Of a DNA stretch of 64,000 nt, positions 63,501 through 64,000 are shown piece by piece. The translations under genes and the position numbers were made by a program. This stretch comes from Styela clava (taxonomy: Eukaryota). The notes beneath the pieces are model-generated. The model made no database searches. It had not been told where the DNA came from and worked only from the letters and a program-made list of their open reading frames with translations. The stretch spans positions 6,758,001-6,822,000 of the forward strand of contig NC_135250.1 of NCBI RefSeq assembly GCF_964204865.1, written 5' to 3'. Numbering within the stretch: position 1 is the stretch's first letter; each line of letters begins with the position of its first letter.

Positions 63501-63599
63501 ATAGCAGGATTATTCTCATGGTGAAGCTGTTCCAGATGTCGTCTGAGAGCTTCTAGGTATTTCACTTTGTCTTTGGTTTCGTTTTGAGCATCAGTGATA
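324..63599 (-). CDS. Divergent axonemal dynein heavy chain, outer-arm gamma (DNAH5/DNAH8-like) family; multi-exon gene, partial at both ends (89 exons, ~4,630 codons in window)
   Basis: Manually spliced exons keep frame throughout. Dynein motifs occur in the expected order: ITDAQNETKDKVKYL/SRYY, PPAAGAIYWTRQL, GELSVNVD, RHW, FPRFHFL, DFEW, GKTET, GPAGCGKS, CLDGP, GESGIGKT, FIDD, NLHIVL, DWP, PP (MTBD), GDHEVECNPNFRMFL, RGSVLY, WLLLHN, FRLFL. Confidence 0.95.
1059..1286 (-). CDS. DHC exon 88 (AAA6)
   Basis: GTWLLLHNVQL...HANFRLFLS...LPDPLLHTSIKLVIDHPK. Confidence 0.94.
1898..2037 (-). CDS. DHC exon 87 (AAA6)
   Basis: KLQVIEFVGEGSSEEKKVRTGLSNAMDN. Confidence 0.87.
2317..2468 (-). CDS. DHC exon 86 (AAA6 start)
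   Basis: GIRSDRIVQASTEFVISVLGKKY...SDPNTPIILLF. Confidence 0.93.
2610..2816 (+). mobile_element. tRNA-derived SINE (internally deleted)
   Basis: CTCGGCGG head, GCAGGTTCGAATC, TATCCTAT tail. Confidence 0.65.
2997..3175 (-). CDS. DHC exon 85
   Basis: VLGMYYDWF...QWRVLCEADSPE...TPLQRLLVIR. Confidence 0.92.
3648..3799 (-). CDS. DHC exon 84
   Basis: NVNIGEREYLIAP...FDWMSEEQFHNVQ. Confidence 0.9.
3999..4159 (-). CDS. DHC exon 83 (AAA5S)
   Basis: LYDENIRQS...MTYNIFSTISKSLLEKDRHIFSL. Confidence 0.92.
4251..4403 (-). CDS. DHC exon 82 (buttress / AAA5S)
   Basis: QTKIANAEESIERAKEGFTEIAIRGSVLY...VNPLYYTSWQRF. Confidence 0.93.
4808..5140 (+). mobile_element. tRNA-derived SINE, near full length
   Basis: Head GCTCGGCGGTGTGG..CATTGTGCTAAGCGTTAGG with A-box-like motif and degenerate B box; 3' end GATAAATATGTGAATCCTATC; more than 10 homologous copies in window. 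Confidence 0.8.
5391..5591 (-). CDS. DHC exon 81 (buttress)
   Basis: FMRHEKPRLRDEW...LLNDLNVTHKLTEIK. Confidence 0.92.
6023..6177 (-). CDS. DHC exon 80 (AAA5)
   Basis: VGDHEVECNPNFRMFLHTTSLPQHVPPE...GIKTELLDR. Confidence 0.95.
6514..6669 (-). CDS. DHC exon 79 (AAA5)
   Basis: DLRSQFETSLSEGQILLVT...FKMM. Confidence 0.9.
7061..7316 (-). CDS. DHC exon 78 (AAA5)
   Basis: KKLPTDNQSLENACVL...WCLICDPTTKIVDWI. Confidence 0.93.
7596..7808 (-). CDS. DHC exon 77 (CC2 end / AAA4S)
   Basis: LKPLENAWK...NCILAAAFQTYCGGMTIDARR. Confidence 0.92.
8203..8295 (-). CDS. DHC exon 76 (CC2)
   Basis: YDNAVVRKHHLRTELRTSKERLRSALATLE. Confidence 0.9.
9052..9197 (-). CDS. DHC exon 75 (CC2, acidic insertion)
   Basis: PQTKSDQDNDTESDTVSDAASVFKETNIDGLTKDDVEKIADLVNDLQE; required for phase 0-2. 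Confidence 0.85.
9827..9920 (-). CDS. DHC exon 74 (CC2)
   Basis: LCGPLKSATDKVNGLEAELEQLKRSEIDDQK. Confidence 0.87.
10336..10426 (-). CDS. DHC exon 73 (MTBD H6 / CC2 start)
   Basis: TGITISSARYSSEDAAVLVEFVISIVEYT. Confidence 0.87.
10809..10960 (-). CDS. DHC exon 72 (MTBD H5 plus insertion)
   Basis: VNWETGLEPSLLTEVESYLKKGKEG...QRKPN; alternative donor at 10794. Confidence 0.85.
11074..11182 (-). CDS. DHC exon 71 (MTBD H3-H4)
   Basis: ASNAKSEGLSAADRNKWKSMQNFMNDTVRFVEMIH. Confidence 0.87.
11450..11640 (+). mobile_element. SINE fragment
   Basis: TTCGCAGGTTTGAATC...GATTAAGTCGTCTTATTGGCTTT. Confidence 0.55.
11657..11876 (-). CDS. DHC exon 70 (MTBD H2 plus basic loop)
   Basis: VLEMVMVLVGANPYLSTRP...RKVKAKGRRQSTF. 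Confidence 0.87.
12346..12478 (-). CDS. DHC exon 69 (CC1 end / MTBD H1)
   Basis: KELDEATSNLTSAKAQVEMWRNKVDRGCIERLKKFQNPPVLVAQ. Confidence 0.9.
12752..12903 (-). CDS. DHC exon 68 (CC1, acidic insertion)
   Basis: QLQQDDEDEFDDDTLLLHEERDEYDELFEQMMEANLKSKRMQIDEDLVEA; required for phase 0-2. Confidence 0.87.
13467..13604 (-). CDS. DHC exon 67 (stalk CC1)
   Basis: VLKNQFSSAQIKVKELFTKLTIEATRLEKLKAHLGIGNGPLIAFLQ. Confidence 0.88.
13942..14134 (-). CDS. DHC exon 66 (stalk CC1 start)
   Basis: IYIGPYTYRKFMHCL...RLQHALDTLDET. Confidence 0.92.
14523..14705 (-). CDS. DHC exon 65 (AAA4S insertion)
   Basis: LTLRDCKQTLWSGDTNP...ERINLLH; phase 2-2. Confidence 0.8.
14771..15038. mobile_element. Old hAT-like MITE
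   Basis: CAGTGGTTCT ... GAGAAACCCTG ends; degenerate 8-bp flanks. Confidence 0.45.
15156..15292 (-). CDS. DHC exon 64 (AAA4)
   Basis: IIWIRDWPQEVLIQQAEFFI...IANIH. Confidence 0.93.
15754..15924 (-). CDS. DHC exon 63 (AAA4)
   Basis: FFVSRVKCNLHIVLNLPP...YPGIVSETQ. Confidence 0.94.
16255..16467 (-). mobile_element. MITE family A copy
   Basis: GGTACTCCCGTAGTGTGTGTACCAGGTTAGGGTTAGG ... TACTTCTGGAGCGCC. Confidence 0.8.
17958..18257. mobile_element. hAT MITE
   Basis: TIRs CAAGGGTGAGCAA / TTGCCCACCCTTG; flanks CTATAGGT / CTATATCT. Confidence 0.7.
19244..19346 (-). CDS. DHC exon 62 (AAA4)
   Basis: SFLDAINSLLIAGEYPHLFSNDEIE. Confidence 0.94.
19829..20020 (-). CDS. DHC exon 61 (AAA4, degenerate P-loop)
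   Basis: GSMTVVGAVGSHLSNLTKLA...FFDSLRTAVRIAGTEGVPVVVVLT. Confidence 0.93.
20196..22033. mobile_element. piggyBac-type non-autonomous element
   Basis: TTAA|CTCTTTGAACCCTGA ... TCAGAGTTCAAAGAG|TTAA; CpG-richer interior; no transposase ORF. Confidence 0.8.
22292..22416 (-). CDS. DHC exon 60 (AAA4 start)
   Basis: AHVIHYNE...RLMLSDDVLLHVIRMHRVL. Confidence 0.92.
22701..22807 (-). CDS. DHC exon 59
   Basis: DAKVHHRP...KVKLYPLPELRAAYEYLQ. Confidence 0.85.
23034..23306 (+). mobile_element. tRNA-derived SINE
   Basis: B box GGTTCGAATC; same body and tail as the 4808 copy. Confidence 0.78.
23329..23627 (-). CDS. DHC exon 58 (AAA3 lid)
   Basis: PLPGRQHYAFCLRQI...FWKHEMQRLFADQL...DLAWF. Confidence 0.94.
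23827..24065 (-). CDS. DHC exon 57 (AAA3)
   Basis: VLATMS...LDPRLLRHFAVF...LRP. Confidence 0.94.
24547..24690 (-). CDS. DHC exon 56 (AAA3 Walker B)
   Basis: AFIDDLNLP...NELLRSLVD...LNKPFEW. Confidence 0.94.
25066..25202 (-). CDS. DHC exon 55 (AAA3)
   Basis: RRLVFSRASTASQL...HRQGFVYGARDGK. Confidence 0.93.
25671..25809 (-). CDS. DHC exon 54 (AAA3 Walker A)
   Basis: VFVDTVDTIRT...TLVVGESGIGKTAL. Confidence 0.95.
26246..26372 (-). CDS. DHC exon 53
   Basis: LPDYDHDISVFDYYVDESGEWDTWMARVP. Confidence 0.93.
26518..26635 (-). CDS. DHC exon 52 (AAA2 lid)
   Basis: HIERLYLFCLVWAFGGLLE. Confidence 0.93.
26736..26824 (-). CDS. DHC exon 51 (AAA2 lid)
   Basis: IKLPVCEVGLLTTCLTLLGEML. Confidence 0.88.
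26963..27114 (-). CDS. DHC exon 50 (AAA2)
   Basis: GLVYLDKNVLGWRPLAKAWLEQR. Confidence 0.93.
27266..27460 (-). CDS. DHC exon 49 (AAA2 Walker B, Arg finger)
   Basis: TWLCLDGP...LSNGDRL...VFETTDLRNASPSLLSRT. Confidence 0.95.
27822..27936 (-). mobile_element. SINE fragment
   Basis: GGGATTCAAACCTGC...GGCAAGCGTATTCCTAAC. Confidence 0.6.
27989..28321 (-). CDS. DHC exon 48 (AAA2 Walker A)
   Basis: WLSKAAQLYQTAEARQGVVLAGPAGCGKS...MFGQTNNSREWSDGILTYAWRK. Confidence 0.95.
29083..29304 (-). CDS. DHC exon 47 (AAA1S end)
   Basis: AIIETISPGLSPSDTVVFHFILKDTFSGI...LEPVLTH. Confidence 0.87.
29937..30072 (-). CDS. DHC exon 46 (AAA1S insertion)
   Basis: QPPSPVVAVPSRPQ...IDHGLVAQ; phase 2-0. Confidence 0.8.
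30681..30784 (-). CDS. DHC exon 45 (AAA1S insertion)
   Basis: DERSEAISRSDTVTGSRTEIDQQKLSRSNSQTSV; phase 0-2 bridges its neighbours. Confidence 0.75.
30837..30957 (+). mobile_element. MITE family A partial copy
   Basis: ...ATTATGGCCTAACCCTAACCTGGTACACACACTACGGGAGTACC. Confidence 0.7.
31339..31567 (-). CDS. DHC exon 44 (AAA1 small domain)
   Basis: SLYRTVSIIKPD...QQLPRSSSQHHEVSLQSLLSAL. Confidence 0.92.
32190..32314 (-). CDS. DHC exon 43 (AAA1 sensor I)
   Basis: VNLVNPGSAMFITYNPSAPHFKPLPTAIR. Confidence 0.92.
32614..32742 (-). CDS. DHC exon 42 (AAA1 Walker B, degenerate)
   Basis: GLAADGCWGCLDDVHLLSPSGISVILE. Confidence 0.93.
32988..33125 (-). CDS. DHC exon 41 (AAA1 Walker A)
   Basis: GSAVVGNASSGKTETVMGLASLFGKYIFMINC. 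Confidence 0.95.
33352..33551 (-). CDS. DHC exon 40 (linker end / AAA1 N-loop)
   Basis: DFEWRRSIRFY...YGLEFYG...NLVIAPATERAFVSMSIAL. Confidence 0.95.
34125..34276 (-). CDS. DHC exon 39 (linker)
   Basis: LPTVINR...RARLENLIHYSVHLRDSL. Confidence 0.92.
35023..35157 (-). CDS. DHC exon 38 (linker)
   Basis: YPIQVGKLALLYLWTRECE. Confidence 0.93.
35465..35598 (-). CDS. DHC exon 37 (linker)
   Basis: ISLFEGAELWLQNLQDSVRRSLH. Confidence 0.92.
35963..36082 (-). CDS. DHC exon 36 (linker)
   Basis: RMKSSDS...ATAVLAADGEILNLDEE. Confidence 0.87.
36351..36540 (-). CDS. DHC exon 35 (linker with insertion)
   Basis: SIFASIADIKTEK...RNTPTPDSSP...VRFKS; alternative donor at 36366. Confidence 0.83.
36960..37146 (-). 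CDS. DHC exon 34 (linker)
   Basis: [31 protein letters not shown]. Confidence 0.95.
37530..37769 (-). CDS. DHC exon 33 (linker)
   Basis: PLREEAASWAEKL...WLETQDLWQELEAVFS...LPQEAKRFSMVDK. Confidence 0.95.
38035..38164 (-). CDS. DHC exon 32 (linker)
   Basis: VLSFENYKRRGPVLLVKE...LEDAQALLATMLTSKHI. Confidence 0.93.
38452..38548 (-). CDS. DHC exon 31 (DHC_N2; GC donor)
   Basis: HSAEIEQICNAANKELELEVKMRGIEEEWTEQ followed by gcatgt. Confidence 0.9.
38619..38728 (-). CDS. DHC exon 30 (DHC_N2)
   Basis: KIRNRHWLQVMSVTFSKFQLESNIFKMGHLLDIGLL. Confidence 0.93.
38793..39684 (+). mobile_element. Non-autonomous hAT (Buster/Charlie-like) element with transposase C-terminal relic
   Basis: TIRs CAGAGGTGGGCAGCC / GGTTGCCCCCACCTG; 8-bp TSD ACCTATAT (38785-38792, 39685-39692); internal ALLYIFSSTYACDFLFSVMK resembles the hAT dimerisation domain. 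Confidence 0.85.
40150..40648. mobile_element. Nested hAT MITE
   Basis: TIRs CAGAGGTCGGCCACC / GATTGCCGACCCTTG; flanks CTTTAGAT / CCTTAGAG (6/8 match). Confidence 0.7.
40657..42122. mobile_element. Nested non-autonomous hAT element
   Basis: TIRs CAGTGTTTCCCAACC / GGTTGGGAAACGCTG; perfect TSD CCTTAGAG; subterminal GAGTCCGC repeats. Confidence 0.85.
42575..42706 (-). CDS. DHC exon 29 (DHC_N2)
   Basis: VRGHWDECLNLPDKLKDWDAYTEMKKSIKTYLNVFPLLHRLAEK. Confidence 0.93.
42900..43022 (-). mobile_element. MITE family A partial copy
   Basis: CCCATAGGTT..GTCCCTTTACACAACTTGATGT...GGAGCGCC. Confidence 0.7.
43133..43346 (-). CDS. DHC exon 28 (neck / DHC_N2 start)
   Basis: FTLYDAKR...LFGILPKPFPELDKTGEELKLLGMLYGLF. 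Confidence 0.93.
44585..45258. mobile_element. piggyBac-type MITE
   Basis: TTAA|CCCTTTCCGTGCG ... CGCATGGAAAGGG|TTAA. Confidence 0.85.
45280..45494 (+). mobile_element. MITE family A copy
   Basis: Same internal sequence (ACATCAAGTTGTGTAAAGGGACTGAAAC); CCATTTTT on both flanks. Confidence 0.78.
45664..45893 (-). CDS. DHC exon 27 (tail/neck)
   Basis: VDSLRQNWSELV...FDAQGPAIPGVRPAEAVIRLQEFQN, gamma-HC GP..PG..P.EA..RL motif. Confidence 0.93.
46008..46290 (-). mobile_element. tRNA-derived SINE
   Basis: GATTCGAACCTGC (B box, reverse complement), ACCACCGAGC end. Confidence 0.7.
46529..46684 (-). CDS. DHC exon 26 (tail)
   Basis: VITLDQLNGTLSLIDEIHDME...PIEKMYEKLKEY. Confidence 0.9.
47105..47185 (-). 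CDS. DHC exon 25 (tail)
   Basis: VLHEDAKKKLDSVVQYRNNVQNRLSAA. Confidence 0.87.
47616..47756 (-). CDS. DHC exon 24 (tail)
   Basis: VENLLDIEQKISSIP...AAAWKTQYAL. Confidence 0.9.
47896..48026 (-). CDS. DHC exon 23 (tail)
   Basis: LRKRIRSYVGHLSQYNFLWKDD; phase 1-0. Confidence 0.9.
48539..48646 (-). CDS. DHC exon 22 (tail)
   Basis: ITWWAGVNKNETFESQILIDESI; phase 1-1. Confidence 0.83.
48729..48823 (-). CDS. DHC exon 21 (tail)
   Basis: FRIPDILLDPPLSQVQQVVDEIVEEIISTPR; weak donor gttttt. Confidence 0.85.
48964..49296 (+). mobile_element. tRNA-derived SINE, near full length
   Basis: GGCGGTGTGGCGCATCGTGCT...GATTCGAAT...GGATAAATATATAAATCCTAT. Confidence 0.8.
49425..49550 (-). CDS. DHC exon 20 (tail)
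   Basis: TEATRPSSVLSSISTLSW...KLKIKVQI; phase 2-2. Confidence 0.8.
50129..50297 (-). CDS. DHC exon 19 (tail)
   Basis: HYSKQMYSSVHKSICNTLSCL...SRPGSS; phase 1-2. Confidence 0.83.
50410..50594 (+). mobile_element. SINE fragment abutting minisatellite
   Basis: GCCACCGCATCTCTGATTACCCTG...TTACGGCTTCCTCCACCA...GACTGGCAACCAGATG. Confidence 0.65.
50595..51307. repeat. 29-bp minisatellite, ~24 copies
   Basis: Unit CCTAGCCAGTCAGACATCCTAAACAAAAT, highly homogeneous. Confidence 0.95.
51514..51699 (-). CDS. DHC exon 18 (P/G/S-rich insertion)
   Basis: SIAAPGTKVANPPPGRKPGPNIPRRGT...IQDIL; phase 1-1. Confidence 0.82.
51811..51940 (-). CDS. DHC exon 17 (tail)
   Basis: EMQDSTQKGAMLIKEHAQVVENAIHEIIDIL; phase 0-1. 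Confidence 0.87.
52559..52712 (-). CDS. DHC exon 16 (tail)
   Basis: SSTNRLKRIVEKV...KTWTTEALLK; phase 2-0. Confidence 0.88.
53494..53630 (-). CDS. DHC exon 15 (tail)
   Basis: VCGSIPRPFIHLFRPH...GLNTITWDSMNIDAF. Confidence 0.92.
53990..54193 (-). CDS. DHC exon 14 (tail)
   Basis: VSLLIPNPVTGELSVNVDQKILNLIQETKWMLRMNLEVP. Confidence 0.93.
54618..54770 (-). CDS. DHC exon 13 (tail)
   Basis: IFQENK...YNRIATALVTCETLWYQQW...GLR. Confidence 0.92.
54854..54964 (-). CDS. DHC exon 12 (tail)
   Basis: MYEENKDNPIVPRDAPPAAGAIYWTRQLMSHIEEPMK, conserved DHC_N1 motif. Confidence 0.93.
55256..55358 (-). CDS. DHC exon 11 (tail)
   Basis: FKAVAQRPSMSNVIAERYSDVYSTFSQELYRIQE; phase 2-0. Confidence 0.88.
55757..55882 (-). 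CDS. DHC exon 10 (tail)
   Basis: FEDSFNQFTNLSQDLDQLL...GLNVLA; phase 2-2. Confidence 0.88.
56115..56485. mobile_element. MITE with ~40-bp TIRs and 8-bp TSD
   Basis: GGGTCTAGTATAGTTTAGTACCACA... / ...TGTGGTACTAAACTATATGAGACCC; TSD AACAAGAC on both sides. Confidence 0.85.
56774..56924 (-). CDS. DHC exon 9 (tail)
   Basis: RLYSIEMPGG...MLLDVHGKLND; phase 1-2. Confidence 0.82.
57062..57258 (+). mobile_element. SINE fragment
   Basis: CCTCTGATTATCCTGTGTGGGTTCACAGGTTCAAAT. Confidence 0.6.
57651..57836 (-). CDS. DHC exon 8 (tail insertion; alternative in-frame donor at 57630)
   Basis: YQRQPPTSGAIAKRRISAG...NAAGFL; phase 1-1. Confidence 0.75.
58032..58234. mobile_element. MITE with 9-bp TSD (Mutator/Merlin-like)
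   Basis: TSD GTTTTTCTT on both sides; doubled TACATTTGAACCCA at left, inverted copies at right; internal GGGTTAGGGTTAG. Confidence 0.8.
58283..58492 (+). mobile_element. ~210-bp GG-ended MITE family A copy
   Basis: GGTGCTCCAGAAGTGTGTGTACC ... TACACACACTACGGGAGTACC; 8-bp TSD CAATAAAC; homologous to copies at 93, 16255, 30837, 42900, 45280. Confidence 0.8.
58600..58799 (-). mobile_element. tRNA-derived SINE (5' part)
   Basis: Reverse complement matches the SINE head and body. Confidence 0.75.
58857..58944 (-). CDS. DHC exon 7 (tail insertion, acidic)
   Basis: RQQQSMGPLQEEEEDEISRGNVSADINK; phase 0-1. Confidence 0.75.
58997..59225. mobile_element. Palindromic variant related to MITE family A (partial relative at 28891-28953)
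   Basis: GAACCAAGATGGCGG..CACCGGAACATAGTATGTGTACCAGG is inverted against GTACACATACTACGTTTCGGTGTCCACCATCTTGGTTC. Confidence 0.6.
59558..59670 (-). CDS. DHC exon 6 (tail insertion)
   Basis: HMSPQGTANTG...IGYPHFI; tag/gtgag; phase 1-0. Confidence 0.7.
60029..60106 (-). CDS. DHC exon 5 (tail insertion)
   Basis: KDTAGLPRPRLEDIPLPDSDDKSSI; phase 1-1. Confidence 0.75.
60475..60615 (-). CDS. DHC exon 4 (tail)
   Basis: GKDYSTFG...ILGHLDSLCGRMRQMLDIIASLRQFTTL; phase 1-1. Confidence 0.9.
61041..61261 (-). CDS. DHC exon 3 (tail, S/G-rich insertion)
   Basis: LKACLSLHVFYRDLIRSMKDTL...PSSVVSGS; phase 2-1. Confidence 0.87.
61855..62039 (-). CDS. DHC exon 2 (tail)
   Basis: ICNDLANLCREHV...DKSLVG; phase 0-2. 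Confidence 0.88.
62311..63185. repeat. 31-bp minisatellite, ~28 copies
   Basis: Unit TGGAAGGAGGCCATGGAGCATTGAG(T/A)GTCTT, decaying toward the right. Confidence 0.95.
63395..63599 (-). CDS. DHC exon 1 in window (DHC_N1 tail)
   Basis: cag/gt ends; ITDAQNETKDKVKYLEALRRHL...SVSRYYARSGYLGLLCKK. Confidence 0.93.
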
Positions 63600-63651
63600 C
63601 TGAATAAAAGAATATGACAGAGAAATATGATGGTGATAATGGCATAATGAT

Positions 63652-63810
63652 TGGATAGAATTTACTATTTACATATTTATCCAGGGGGACAGGAAAACCA
63701 ATAAGACGGCTCAATCATGGCCTCTTGTCCGATTACCAGTCCATGTGGGGTATTGGATTAGTTAGCCAATTATTTGTTTTTGGAAGCATGGACATGTGAG
63801 AAAGCCGTAA
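63652..63810 (-). mobile_element. SINE 3' fragment
   Basis: Reverse complement of the SINE tail (TTACCAGTCCATGT, TTAGTTAGCCAATTATTTGTT). Confidence 0.6.
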
Positions 63811-64000
63811 TGACAATAGCCTTTGGCAAATTGCAGAAAAGTGGGATGAGAGTTGCATAATTCTTTTGGGGAGAAATCGAACAATAAGAGCATAAGTCTA
63901 ACTCTGGTATAAGTATAGATAACTAGTGATTCGTTTCAGCTGCATGAATCTGAATGATGCAAAAAGCCACAATGAACCGGCCGGCACATAAACCGCGCTG

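Noticed and set aside
324-63599. Pseudogene interpretation
   Set aside because: No stop or frameshift found across 89 phase-compatible exons with intact splice sites.

Overview
Eukaryotic, AT-rich animal-type genomic DNA (likely an invertebrate; the species cannot be determined from sequence alone). The whole window lies inside one minus-strand, intron-rich gene for an axonemal dynein heavy chain most similar to the outer-arm gamma (DNAH5/DNAH8-type) family. I traced 89 phase-compatible exons by hand (63599 to 324; 87 GT-AG introns and one GC-AG). They give about 4,630 uninterrupted codons running tail (DHC_N1), linker (DHC_N2), AAA1-AAA4, stalk/MTBD, AAA5/buttress, AAA6 and lid. Both gene ends lie outside the window. 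The main result is that this intact, oversized heavy chain has lost key motor residues: AAA1 Walker B WGCFDE reads WGCLDD, AAA1 sensor II HYDFGLR reads HHEVSLQ, and the AAA4 P-loop lacks its GK. It also has paired acidic insertions in both stalk helices and an ~80-aa basic loop in the microtubule-binding domain, making it a candidate catalytically impaired, structural or regulatory pseudo-motor. Introns hold a tRNA-derived SINE family, GG-ended MITEs with 8-9-bp TSDs, two piggyBac-type non-autonomous elements, a four-element hAT stack, two minisatellites and three candidate microexons. Family consensus sequences quoted for comparison are from memory and need confirming by alignment.
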